Assembly: GCA_963662625.1 (NCBI GenBank)
Contig: OY759726.1
Span: 64,001-128,000 of the forward strand
Reading direction: 5' to 3'
Length of the DNA: 64,000 bases
Source: Nitrosopumilus sp.
Lineage (GTDB): Archaea > Thermoproteota > Nitrososphaeria > Nitrososphaerales > Nitrosopumilaceae
Shown here: one piece after another, positions 30,240-39,479 of the stretch
How the letters are laid out: each line of letters opens with the position of its first letter
How positions within the stretch are numbered: the stretch's first letter is position 1
Position numbers and translations under genes: made by a program
The notes under the pieces: model-generated
What the model was told of the DNA's origin: nothing
The model's input: only the letters and a program-made list of their open reading frames with translations
Databases searched by the model: none

Positions 30240-30383
30240 GAAGTGGGTCGCGGGGGCGGCATTTTTGAATCATGCTGTACGCCTGGCGCGTTCCGTGGTG
30301 ATCCCGACTGGGAACCTCCCACAAAGCAGCCTGCAACGCCAGGCCGAAAGATCCGGATCGTGGCACGCGTGGGATGGCGCGCG

Positions 30384-30492
30384 TGGGGCACCGCCATTCC
30401 AACCCGGGGGAATTCCCAGTGTACTGCTCCACGTGCATGAGTTACGCGCTCTTCGATGGGGCACCGCCATTCCAACCCGGGGGAATTCCCAG
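30384..30492. repeat. Repeat-insert-repeat unit B: perfect 36-bp direct repeat around a 37-bp unique insert
   Basis: tggggcaccgccattccaacccgggggaattcccag at 30384-30419 and 30457-30492; period 73. Confidence 0.92.
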
Positions 30493-30685
30493 GGCGGGGC
30501 ACTGCAGGGGGCTGCTGGCCGGGGCATCCGCGCCGGCGTCCGAGGGGACGTTCGGGTGCACGCCGCGCCCGCGCGGGCGGGGGAGCGCGGCGCGGGAGGC
30601 AAGGCCCGTGCCGGGATCCCCCGCCGGGCTTCTCCGGGGGCCGGCAACCGGTCTGTCTGCCTTCTCGCACGTTTGCTGGGGCCGC

Positions 30686-33160
30686 CTAGCCGGCCACCCT
30701 GTAGTTTATCTTGTAGTAGAACCTGGACACCTGGTCGCCCTTGAGCACCTCCACCTTCCAGTCCGCGTCGGGCAGGAACTCCGAGGGATCCGACGGCACG
30801 ATGGAGAACTTTTCCAGGCGGGCGTCGGGGCCGCTGTAGCGCACGTCGAGGACGGCCCCGTCCACCCGCACCGTCTCGTAGACCGATCCCGGGCCGCGCG
30901 TGGGGCCAGTGACCAGGCACCCCGGGTACGGCCCCACCACGCACTTGCCGGATCCCGAGAAGACCGCCAGGTTCACCGCCGCCAGGTCCGACCTGGACGG
31001 GGTGGCCAGGGAGCCCGACAGGACGCGCGGGTTCATGGTCCCGTCGTCCCCGGACTGCTTGGCTGCAGTGCGGATGGCGATCTCGGAGTCCGGGATGCGG
31101 TTGACCTTCTCGATCACCTTCGACGGCGGCCCCGGCGCGTCGGCCGGCCGCGCCGGGACCACCTCGAACGTGGCCGACTCCGAGCCGAACGGCGCGTCCG
31201 CGGTGACCTCGTAGGTGCCCTCCGCCGACGGCGAGCCGCCAAGCGTGAACTCGTAGGTGAACGAGCCCGAGGGGCCCGGGACGACTGAGGCGGCCGGCAC
31301 GGCGGGTATCCCGCAGAACGAGGGGCCGCAGGCCAGCATGGTCCCGGACTTTTGGATCACGCTGACGCCGAACCGCTCGACGTACGTCGTCTTGCTGGGC
31401 TTGCCAGTCACCGTCACGGTGTCCCCCGGCCCGTAGGACTCCCGGTCAAGCGACATCACGAGGGACAGCCCGGGCCCCAGCGCGAGCTCGTTTGCCACGC
31501 CGAACGAGGACTCGGCCCGGAGGCCCGAGTAGGAGGCCCTTACCTTGTACTGGCCCTCCCCGAAGACGGTGGCGGGCAGCTCGAAGAGGCTCGAGAACCC
31601 GCCCCCCTGGTCAGGGTACACGGATGCCGCGTAGATCTCCGCGAATGGGGCCGCGCCCGACAGGACCGAGATCCTCACGCGCTCGGGGACCACTAGGCCC
31701 TCGGCCCCCTGGGGCCTCGCGATGACTGACCCCTCCACCTTGAGCTTCTCGCCGGCCTGGTACACCGGCTTTGACGGCCCCACCGTCAGGTGCTTCGTGG
31801 GCAGGCTGTCCCCGGCAGGGTCGGCGGACACCTTGAACAGGATGATCTTGCTGAGCCCCCCGCCCGACACGCTGATCTTGTAGACCCCGAGGTTGGAGCT
31901 CAGGACTGACCTGTCGTCGGCTGACTTTACTGGCGCGGGGCTTTCGGACGACGGGGTCTGCCACTGCCAGGAGAACCTCTGGTCGTCGGCCCTCGTGCCG
32001 GAGTTTATGACGGTGCCGTCGGGCTTGGTGACGGCGATCGAGACCGCGTTCTCCCCGGCCGGCGGGAGCAGGCCGGTCATGCGGACGGTCTCGCCCAGCC
32101 CGTAGACCTCCTTGTCGATGGAGACCGAGGTCTTCCCGGCGCCCACCGGATCCACCAGCTCGACCGTGACCGACCGGGAGAGGTCCCGGTAGTGCGCCTC
32201 CACCAGGTAGACGCCCTCGGAGTACGCGGCCCGCGGGAGGGCGATCTCGAGCGAGAACCGCCCGGACTTGTCCGGGATGGCCGTGTACTCTATCCCCACC
32301 GGGGCTCCGCCGGCGTCGGAGACGGCCAGCGCCACCCGGTCCGTCTCGAACGTCGGGGCAGAGGCGGGGCGCGCTATCTTGCCGCCGACGGTCATGCTGG
32401 CCCCCAGGTCGTAGGATGGCCGGTCCGAGGCAAGGGTCAGCTGCCCCCCGCCCGCCTCGTACGACCCCGGATCCGCGGCCACCACGAACGACTTCGTGGC
32501 CGACCCGACGTCCTGCGAGACCCTGATCAGGTAGTCCCCCAGCCGCGCGTCCGAGTCGGGTATGGAAAACGAGTACTCGAACCTGCCGGCGCCGTCCAGG
32601 CGGACGGCGTCCAGTATCTTCATGACGGAGCCGCCGCCGGAAGCGCCGCCTAGGGCGATGTTCTTGGTCTGCACGATCTCGATGTCCATGGACGGGATCC
32701 ACACGTCGTTGAGCCTGCCCGTGACGGTGACCGTCTCGCCCGGCCCGTACGCCTCCCTGTCGGTCCACAGCGAGATCGGCGTGTCCTCCTTGGCGTCGGC
32801 GACGAGCTCGAAGGACGCGGTCGCGGACTGGCCGGCATACGTGCCGGAGACCGCGTAGGCGCCGTACTCCGGCCCGACGGTGCTCATGAACACGCCGGTG
32901 GAGAACGCGCCGTCGGTGGGGAACAGGCTGCCCGAGGCGACGATCGAGCCGGAGGGGCCGGACACCTGGAACCGCAGCCCCTCGAGCGGGACCACCGTGT
33001 CGGTCTGGCCCGTGATCATGACCAGCTCGCCGGGCACGTAGGAGGCCTTGTCGGTGAGCAGCAGGAGGGTGCCGTCCCGGCCGGGCTCCTGGGCGTGGGC
33101 GGGGGCCGCGATCAGGGCTAGGAGTGATACCGAGAGTAGCGCGAGGACACTTGCATTCAT
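30686..33160 (-). CDS. Large secreted protein with repeated MG2/Ig-like domains
   Basis: Signal peptide; repeated TDKxxYxxGE/DxVxITG motifs. Confidence 0.85.
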   Translation of the reverse strand: MNASVLALLSVSLLALIAAPAHAQEPGRDGTLLLLTDKASYVPGELVMITGQTDTVVPLEGLRFQVSGPSGSIVASGSLFPTDGAFSTGVFMSTVGPEYGAYAVSGTYAGQSATASFELVADAKEDTPISLWTDREAYGPGETVTVTGRLNDVWIPSMDIEIVQTKNIALGGASGGGSVMKILDAVRLDGAGRFEYSFSIPDSDARLGDYLIRVSQDVGSATKSFVVAADPGSYEAGGGQLTLASDRPSYDLGASMTVGGKIARPASAPTFETDRVALAVSDAGGAPVGIEYTAIPDKSGRFSLEIALPRAAYSEGVYLVEAHYRDLSRSVTVELVDPVGAGKTSVSIDKEVYGLGETVRMTGLLPPAGENAVSIAVTKPDGTVINSGTRADDQRFSWQWQTPSSESPAPVKSADDRSVLSSNLGVYKISVSGGGLSKIILFKVSADPAGDSLPTKHLTVGPSKPVYQAGEKLKVEGSVIARPQGAEGLVVPERVRISVLSGAAPFAEIYAASVYPDQGGGFSSLFELPATVFGEGQYKVRASYSGLRAESSFGVANELALGPGLSLVMSLDRESYGPGDTVTVTGKPSKTTYVERFGVSVIQKSGTMLACGPSFCGIPAVPAASVVPGPSGSFTYEFTLGGSPSAEGTYEVTADAPFGSESATFEVVPARPADAPGPPSKVIEKVNRIPDSEIAIRTAAKQSGDDGTMNPRVLSGSLATPSRSDLAAVNLAVFSGSGKCVVGPYPGCLVTGPTRGPGSVYETVRVDGAVLDVRYSGPDARLEKFSIVPSDPSEFLPDADWKVEVLKGDQVSRFYYKINYRVAG

Positions 33161-33298
33161 GGCGGGGACCTACCTGAACGTGGAAGCGGTGTGATTTTAG
33201 AGGGGGATTGAGGAAAAGTTGAGCTAGTTGTTAAAGTCGGGCATGCGGGGTCCAACGGCAACGCTCCGCGCCCGCCCGCTTTAAGGCGTGCGCACGAC

Positions 33299-33538
33299 TC
33301 ATCCGGGGCCGCAGTCCGGGCACCTCCCCCCGCGCACGGGGGAGCCGCACTCGGCGCAGATCCCCTCGCCGGCGTCGCGCCTGACCGCCTGCCTGGTCCT
33401 CACGACGTAGAGCTTTATGCCGAAGAACATGGCTGCCACTATGGCGATGGCGTAGGCGGGCGCCATGAACGGGGTCAGGCCTACCGCGAAGAGGGCCAGG
33501 CCCGCGACCAGGATGGCGTCCCTTTTCTCAAAATTCAC
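33299..33538 (-). CDS. Small membrane protein with C-terminal zinc ribbon
   Basis: Two TM segments, then CAEC...CPDC. Confidence 0.75.
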   Translation of the reverse strand: MNFEKRDAILVAGLALFAVGLTPFMAPAYAIAIVAAMFFGIKLYVVRTRQAVRRDAGEGICAECGSPVRGGRCPDCGPG

Positions 33539-33570
33539 AGAGTCAGGGCCGGGGCGTGGCGATAAAAACG

Positions 33571-33639
33571 TGCCGGGCTCGGCCGTAGCAGTCATTCCAC
33601 CAAAAGTCAATTACTCTAACTCCTCCTCATCGCCCGGCA
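33571..33639 (-). ncRNA. Candidate box C/D guide sRNA
   Basis: Minus strand: tgccgggc-g-ATGAGGA-ggagttagagtaa-TTGA-cttttggt-GGAATGA-ctgctacgg-CCGA-gcccggca. It has an 8-bp terminal stem and spans 52 nt from C to D; all boxes are variant forms. Confidence 0.6.
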
Positions 33640-33675
33640 AGCCAGGTGCGCGCACGGCCCGGTAATAAGTGATCA

Positions 33676-33752
33676 TGGTGGGATCGGCGGGATTTGAACG
33701 CGCGACCTCTGCGTCCCAAACGCAGAATCATGCCATGCTAGACTACGATCCC
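33676..33752 (-). tRNA. tRNA-Pro (anticodon TGG), CCA encoded
   Basis: GGGATCG acceptor stem, CTGCG-TTTGGGA-CGCAG anticodon arm, TTCAAAT T-loop, ACCA end; one C:C mismatch in the T-stem. Confidence 0.93.
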
Positions 33753-33827
33753 CCGTAACACCTCAGGGCTGCCCAATTTAAGCTTGACAGGCAATCATTT
33801 TAAGTGCTGGCCCCCGGACAGGAAACC

Positions 33828-34724
33828 ATGCAGAGGGACGACTACCTCAGGGCCGGGAGGATCGCCGGGGAGGTGAGGGAGATTGTCAGGGGGAAGGACT
33901 GGGTCGGGAAGACGGTCTACGAGATCTGCGAGGGGGTGGAGGCCGAGATCGTCAGGAGGGGGGCCAGGTGCGCGTTTCCCGTGAACGCGAGCATCAACGA
34001 GGTCGCGGCCCACTACACGGCGGAGCCGGGCGACCCGACCGCCATAGGCGACACGGACCTGGTGAAGATAGACCTCGGGGCGCAGGTCAACGGCTACATA
34101 GCCGACACCGCCGTGACGGTGTGCTACGACGCGAGGTTCGACGGCATGGTGCGGGCGGCCGAGGCCGCGCTGGACAGGGCGATGTCGGTGGCCAGGGCCG
34201 GCGTGAAGGCCAGCGACATCGGCAGGGCCATAGAGGCGTCCATCAAGCAGGCCGGCTTCAAGCCCATCGCCAACCTGAGCGGGCACTCGCTGGACAGGTA
34301 CACCATACACGCCGGCAGGACCATCCCGAACATATGGTCCATCGGGGGGTTCTCGCTGTCCGAGGGCGCGGCGTACGCGTGCGAGCCGTTCGTGACGGCG
34401 TCCGACGGCGGGGGGTTCGTGAGGAACGGCAGGGCGAGGAACATATTCGCGATAAACTCCAGGAAGAAGACCGGGGACGCCGGGGCAGACGAGATGCTGG
34501 ACCACATCTGGAGGGAGTTCAACATGCTGCCCTTCGCCCTGAGGTGGCTCGTCGGGAGGTGGGACGAGGGGGAGGCAAGGGCGCTGCTGGGTCGCCTGGT
34601 CAGCAAGAAGGCGGTCCAGGCGTACCCCGTCCTGGTCGAGGTGAACGAGCGGAGGGTGGCGCAGGCAGAGCACACGTTCATCCCGGACGCCGGCGGGGTG
34701 ACGGTCACCACCACGGCGGGCTAG
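33828..34724 (+). CDS. map: Methionine aminopeptidase type II
   Basis: AFPVN, AAHYT, DLGAQVNGYIADTA, NLSGHS, IHAG, ACEPF, QAEHT. Confidence 0.95.
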   Translation: MQRDDYLRAGRIAGEVREIVRGKDWVGKTVYEICEGVEAEIVRRGARCAFPVNASINEVAAHYTAEPGDPTAIGDTDLVKIDLGAQVNGYIADTAVTVCYDARFDGMVRAAEAALDRAMSVARAGVKASDIGRAIEASIKQAGFKPIANLSGHSLDRYTIHAGRTIPNIWSIGGFSLSEGAAYACEPFVTASDGGGFVRNGRARNIFAINSRKKTGDAGADEMLDHIWREFNMLPFALRWLVGRWDEGEARALLGRLVSKKAVQAYPVLVEVNERRVAQAEHTFIPDAGGVTVTTTAG

Positions 34725-34736
34725 CCGCCGGCGGGC

Positions 34737-34910
34737 TCAGTCCTGCAGCTCCCCGAAGATCTTCTCGATCGCGGCGGCCCCGCCGCAGGAGCCGCACGCG
34801 GCGGCGGCAAACAGGACGTCCCCCTCCCTGAACCGCCTCTTCCTCTCGGCGCCGCACGACGCGCACCTCTCCAGCGTGTACGCCACGGTGGCCCTCTCCC
34901 GGGAGAACAC
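34737..34910 (-). CDS. Small zinc-ribbon protein
   Basis: CASC...RFREGDVLF...CGSC...IEKIFGE; start overlaps the upstream stop. Confidence 0.75.
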   Translation of the reverse strand: MFSRERATVAYTLERCASCGAERKRRFREGDVLFAAAACGSCGGAAAIEKIFGELQD

Positions 34911-36031
34911 TACTGCGGCACCCCCACGGTGTTCCCCACGCCCACCACCAGGACGGACTGGCCTGGCCTCGTGTTGTCGCGGATCATCTCGCGCACCTGC
35001 TCCCGCACGTTCTCCGCCTGGTACGCTATGTCCCTGGTCATCAGGGTGATGGCCTCCCCGACCGACTGCTTTACTATGATCGAGAACACCGGGATCCGGT
35101 TCCTCGTCGCGATCCCCTCGATCTGGTGCCTCTCGGTGCCGATCCCGCCTATGGCCGCGCCAAAGCCGCGGGCCACCGCGGCCGAGTCCTCCCCCTCCAT
35201 CTTCAGCGCCGCGTCGACCATTATGATCGCGTCGATCGGGCCCCGCTCGAGTATCGACTCGATCGCGTCGCCGGGCCTGCCCACCGCGGAGCCGGGCCCC
35301 TCGGCCTTCAGCAGGAGCAGCCGCCTCCCGTCGAACTCGGTGGTGCCGAGCACCGTCTGGAACGACACGGGCTCCTGCTTGGTTCCGAGCATCATCCCGC
35401 CCACCACCATCGGCCCTATCCCGTCGCCGATCGGCTGCCCCATCCTGAAGGCTGGGATGGCGCGGCTCATGGCCTTGGCCTCCTCCATCACGAAGGGGAG
35501 GATCATCTGCAGCGGCAGGATGAGCGGGTAGTTGTTCTGCTTCTTTGCGGTAAGGAACATGTGGTTGATGACCTTGTGCAGCATGTGCAGCGACGTCGCG
35601 AGTTCGAGCAGGGTGTGGACCCGGGTCAGTTCCAGGTCGCCGATCCCTGGCAGGAGCGACCTCACGTGCTCCCGGGAATAGTCCTCCCGGGAGCGCACCA
35701 TGTGCCGGATCTTCTCCATCACGCCGCCGGGATCCGTGTCGACGGGCATGATCGTAAAGTAGTCCAGGAACGTGTCGATTTTTTTGGACGGGTCGGCGCC
35801 CGGGCCGGCCGACTTGCGGACGTGGTCTATCAGCTCCGCCCTGGCGTCCGTCCTGTAGAGATCCAGCTTCTTGATCCCCTTCTTGATCTCCCCGGACGTG
35901 ATCTGGAGCTGGATCCTCTGCCCGTAGAACACGAAGACTATTATCGGGATGATCCACACCAGCATCATCAGGGGGTTGCTGTCGTCCCCGAACCCGAACA
36001 GCTGGTCGACGTCCAGGTTTGTAAAATCCAT
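34910..36031 (-). CDS. DUF1512 family protein
   Basis: PVDTDPGG, GQPIGDGIGP, KAEGPGS, VDAALKMEGE, GVGNTVGVPQ. Confidence 0.85.
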   Translation of the reverse strand: MDFTNLDVDQLFGFGDDSNPLMMLVWIIPIIVFVFYGQRIQLQITSGEIKKGIKKLDLYRTDARAELIDHVRKSAGPGADPSKKIDTFLDYFTIMPVDTDPGGVMEKIRHMVRSREDYSREHVRSLLPGIGDLELTRVHTLLELATSLHMLHKVINHMFLTAKKQNNYPLILPLQMILPFVMEEAKAMSRAIPAFRMGQPIGDGIGPMVVGGMMLGTKQEPVSFQTVLGTTEFDGRRLLLLKAEGPGSAVGRPGDAIESILERGPIDAIIMVDAALKMEGEDSAAVARGFGAAIGGIGTERHQIEGIATRNRIPVFSIIVKQSVGEAITLMTRDIAYQAENVREQVREMIRDNTRPGQSVLVVGVGNTVGVPQ

Positions 36032-36191
36032 GTGTGAGCCTCCGGCGGATCCAAATTAAATCATTCCTACGGGGGCCGGCCCCCCGGGACGCCAGGCGGC
36101 ACGGCCCGGCCACGGCCCGCGGATCGTGCCGGGTTGTGCAACAGGCCACGGGGCGGGGATCGTTTTTATCTGATCGGTGCCGACTTGTTGC

Positions 36192-36845
36192 ATGGACCGC
36201 CTTTACGCAGCGCTGCTGGCGGTGCTGGCCGGGTGCGCCTTTTCGGCGGCGGCGTTCGCGGAGGACGGCCGGCAGGTGCCAGAGTGGGTGAGGGACGCCG
36301 CCGTGTGGTGGGGGCTGGGCCTGGTGGACGACTCGGAGTTCTTCGGCCTGGTGGGGTTCCTGGTGGAGGAGGGCCTGATCGCGGCTGGGCCCGGGGCGCC
36401 GGAGATCCGGGACGCGTATGACCGGGGGTACGCCGACGGGCTTGCGGCCGGGGAGGACGCGCTATGGGAGTACGTGGACGGCTCGCTGGGGCGGCTGTCC
36501 TTCGTCGAGGGCGCGTCGCTGTCCGTGGTCACCGAGGGTTCCGCCTTTGGGAAGGGCGAGCGGGTGGCGGTGAGGATAGTGAACACCGGGACGGCGCCGC
36601 TGACGTTCGGGTCCGCCTCCTACGGGCTCGTGATCACCGGGCCGTCGGGCGGGGTGGTGTACGAGCCGGTCGCGGCGGCGGTGATGAGCCACCTGGGGCC
36701 GGGCGAGGAGGCGCGGGGCTCCTGGGACCAGATCCACAGCGACGGGCGGCCCGTGGGGAAGGGGCTGTACAAGATCCACGCCGGGGGGCACGACCAGAAC
36801 TTTAACGCCGTCGGCGGGTCGGCCACCGTGGCGGTACTGGGATAG
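36192..36845 (+). CDS. Secreted protein with PEWV repeat and BsuPI/Ig-like C-terminal domain
   Basis: Signal peptide, VPEWVRDAAVWW, WDQIHSDGRPVGKGLY. Confidence 0.75.
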   Translation: MDRLYAALLAVLAGCAFSAAAFAEDGRQVPEWVRDAAVWWGLGLVDDSEFFGLVGFLVEEGLIAAGPGAPEIRDAYDRGYADGLAAGEDALWEYVDGSLGRLSFVEGASLSVVTEGSAFGKGERVAVRIVNTGTAPLTFGSASYGLVITGPSGGVVYEPVAAAVMSHLGPGEEARGSWDQIHSDGRPVGKGLYKIHAGGHDQNFNAVGGSATVAVLG

Positions 36846-36976
36846 GGCAGCCTGCCGCGGCCCGCGCGCGGGGCGCGTTGCGCGCCGTCCGGCACCGCGT
36901 TGCCGCCCGGGGGCGGGGTGGCTTCGAATGCTAATATACGCGTCCCCCGTACTGCCCCCATGGTGCCGCCCGGGGG

Positions 36977-37435
36977 ATGAAGACCGTCTACCTCGCAAAC
37001 CCGTACGGGTTCTCAGGGCAGCAGCGGGACGGCCCCCTGCGGGACCTGGTGCGGGTCCTGGAGGAGATGGGCGCCGAGGTGTGGGAGCCTTTCGCCCGCA
37101 ACAACCAGGGAGGCACGCTGGGGCCCGGCGCCGCATACCGCATAGGCCAGAAGGACATGCGCGACGTGCGGGATTCTGACGGGATCCTCGCGGTGGTCAA
37201 CGGCGTGCCCCCTGACGAGGGGGTCATGGTGGAACTGGGCATGGCGGTTGCCTGGGGGCGGGAGGTGTTCCTCTTCAGGGACGATTTCAGGAGGTGCACT
37301 GACAGCGGCGAGTACCCCCTCAACCTGATGCTGTTTGCGGGGCTCCCGGAAAAGGGGTGGCGCGACAGGTACTATACCGGAATAGACGATCTCCGCGATC
37401 CGGACGGGGCCCTGGCCAGGTGGCTCGCAGGCTGA
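36977..37435 (+). CDS. Nucleoside 2-deoxyribosyltransferase family protein
   Basis: VYLANPYGF, DVRDSDG, PDEGVMVELG, NLML. Confidence 0.88.
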   Translation: MKTVYLANPYGFSGQQRDGPLRDLVRVLEEMGAEVWEPFARNNQGGTLGPGAAYRIGQKDMRDVRDSDGILAVVNGVPPDEGVMVELGMAVAWGREVFLFRDDFRRCTDSGEYPLNLMLFAGLPEKGWRDRYYTGIDDLRDPDGALARWLAG

Positions 37436-37638
37436 CAGGGCGGGGCCGCTTGGGAGATCCCCTCCCCCTGCCGGCTAGTGCGCGGGCAGCCGGCGCCCAG
37501 CCCGGGGCGTCCTGGCGCCTGATTTTTGGCCCATTTGCCGAATTCGTCCGGGCCGTGGCGCGTAAAATGACCCAAAGCAGGAAAAATGCGTGCCGCCTAA
37601 CACGCTTTTATTATAGTTAATATAAAAGAAGGCTGGAC

Positions 37639-38199
37639 ATGCCCCAGACGAAGCCCATAGTCAGCGTGGAAAACGTGGTTGCGTCGGCGTCCGTCGACCA
37701 GAAGATGGATCTCAACGAGATCACGAAGACGTTCCCGGACGTGGAATACCACCCCGACCAGTTCCCCGGGCTGGTCTTCAGGCTGAAGAGCCCCAAGACC
37801 GCGACCCTGATCTTCACGTCGGGAAAGATGGTGTGCACGGGCTCAAAGTCCGAGGAGATGGCCAGGAAGGCGGTCAAGACGGTGGTGCAGAAGCTCCGCA
37901 AGGGCGGGATCAAGGTGAAGAAGGACGCCGTGGTCGAGATACAGAACATCGTGGCGTCCATCAACCTGGGGGGGAAGATCCACCTGGAACAGGCCGCCAG
38001 GACGCTGCCCAGGAGCATGTACGAGCCGGAGCAGTTCCCGGGGCTGATCCACAGGATGCTGGACCCGAAGACGGTGATCCTGCTGTTCTCCTCCGGAAAG
38101 CTGGTCTGCACGGGCGCCAAGAAGGAGCCCGACGTGTACAGGTCGGTGAACAGCCTGCACGCCCTGCTCGAGGAAAAGGATCTCATGATTTACGACTGA
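37639..38199 (+). CDS. tbp: TATA-box-binding protein
   Basis: NVVAS/NIVAS, YxPEQFPGL, LIFTSGKMVCTG repeats. Confidence 0.98.
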   Translation: MPQTKPIVSVENVVASASVDQKMDLNEITKTFPDVEYHPDQFPGLVFRLKSPKTATLIFTSGKMVCTGSKSEEMARKAVKTVVQKLRKGGIKVKKDAVVEIQNIVASINLGGKIHLEQAARTLPRSMYEPEQFPGLIHRMLDPKTVILLFSSGKLVCTGAKKEPDVYRSVNSLHALLEEKDLMIYD

Positions 38200-38237
38200 G
38201 CGCGCCCTGCCGGGGGCCGCCGGGCCGGCTGCCCCGC

Positions 38238-39260
38238 TCACGCGATCTTCCTGGAGTTCACGAAGACCCCGCGGCCCTCGGTGACGGTCCCGATCTCCTG
38301 GCTTGCGATCCCGTGCCCCTTGAAGATCTCCACTATCCCCGCGGCCTCCCCCGCGGGCGCCACGACGCAGAACCCCACCCCCATGTTGAAGGTCCCGTAC
38401 ATCTCCTCGGGCCCCACGCCCTGCTCCTCGATCAGGCCCATGATGGGCGGGGGCCTGGGCAGCGAGTCTATCACGTACCCGGCCGCCTTCAGCCTGAGCA
38501 GCTTCGCGAACGAGCCGCCTGTGATGTGGGCAAGCCCGTGGACGCGGCACTTCCTCGCCGCCTCGAGGACTGGCCCGACGTAGATCTCGGTGGGGGCCAG
38601 CAGCGCGTCGCCCAGCGTCCCCACCCCCCTCACCCTGTCCATGGGCGAGTACCTCTGGAGCAGCGCCTTCCGCGCTAGCGAGTAGCCGTTAGAGTGGAGC
38701 CCGGTGCTCCTCGCGCCGACTATGACGTCCCCCGGCCCCACCTTGTCGCCCAGCACGAGCTCCCTCTTCGACGCCAGGCCCACCACCGTGCCGGCAAGGT
38801 CGAACGCGAAGCCGCTGCCCGCTATCACGCCGGGCATCACCGCGGTCTCCCCCCCGACTATCGGGACGGATGACTTTTTCGCGCCCTTCACGAGCCCCCC
38901 CACTATGCTCCTGAAGGCCGCCCGGTCGTTCCTGTTTGCCGCTATATAGTCCACGAACGAGACCGGGGTCGCCCCGATGCAGATCACGTCGTTGACGTTC
39001 ATCGCCACGCAGTCGATCCCGATCGTGCCGTACTTTTGCATCATGCTCGCGATCAGCACCTTCGTCCCGACCCCGTCGGTGTGGGTGGCGAGCATCTTCC
39101 CGCCCGGAATCTCCACGATTCCCGCGTAGTGGCCGAACCCGTGAGCGGTCCTGGCCCTCTCCCGGGGCCCGTGCGTGGACCCGATCAGCCTGCCCATCGC
39201 CCGCAGGCTTTCCTCGATCCCCGGCACGTCCACGCCGGCGTCCCTGTACGTCAGCCCCAT
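38238..39260 (-). CDS. purM: Phosphoribosylformylglycinamidine cyclo-ligase
   Basis: TYRDAGVD, TDGVGTK, GGETA, GLHSNGYSL, AHITGG, TFNMGVG. Confidence 0.96.
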   Translation of the reverse strand: MGLTYRDAGVDVPGIEESLRAMGRLIGSTHGPRERARTAHGFGHYAGIVEIPGGKMLATHTDGVGTKVLIASMMQKYGTIGIDCVAMNVNDVICIGATPVSFVDYIAANRNDRAAFRSIVGGLVKGAKKSSVPIVGGETAVMPGVIAGSGFAFDLAGTVVGLASKRELVLGDKVGPGDVIVGARSTGLHSNGYSLARKALLQRYSPMDRVRGVGTLGDALLAPTEIYVGPVLEAARKCRVHGLAHITGGSFAKLLRLKAAGYVIDSLPRPPPIMGLIEEQGVGPEEMYGTFNMGVGFCVVAPAGEAAGIVEIFKGHGIASQEIGTVTEGRGVFVNSRKIA

Positions 39261-39298
39261 GGCTTGTTGCGCCCCTGCTGCGCATAAAAGAATTTGCC

Positions 39299-39409
39299 CG
39301 GACGGGCGGTCCCGCTTCGTGACGCGCGTTCTGGAGTCCCTGGCCGCGGAACTGCACGCAGCATATGGCAGCGGACGGGCGGTCCCGCTTCGTGACGCGC
39401 GTTCTGGAG
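39299..39409. repeat. Repeat-insert-repeat unit C: perfect 38-bp direct repeat around a 35-bp unique insert
   Basis: cggacgggcggtcccgcttcgtgacgcgcgttctggag at 39299-39336 and 39372-39409; period 73. Confidence 0.92.
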
Positions 39410-39479
39410 CGGAAGGGGCGCGGGAGATCCCCCGTCAGGCGGGGCGTGCGGGGTGGCGCGGGCGGCGCCCGCGCGCGCC

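Larger units (their letters stand above)
36102..37475. repeat. 1374-bp segment, copy 1 (copy 2 at 56378-57751)
   Basis: Matches at offset 20276; the only difference noticed is T37188 vs C57464. Confidence 0.95.

Noticed and set aside
2285-39409. Calling units A-C canonical CRISPR arrays
   Set aside because: Only two repeats each, mutually unrelated, with no typical GAAA(C/G) end and no cas genes nearby. Reported as repeats with a hypothesis instead.
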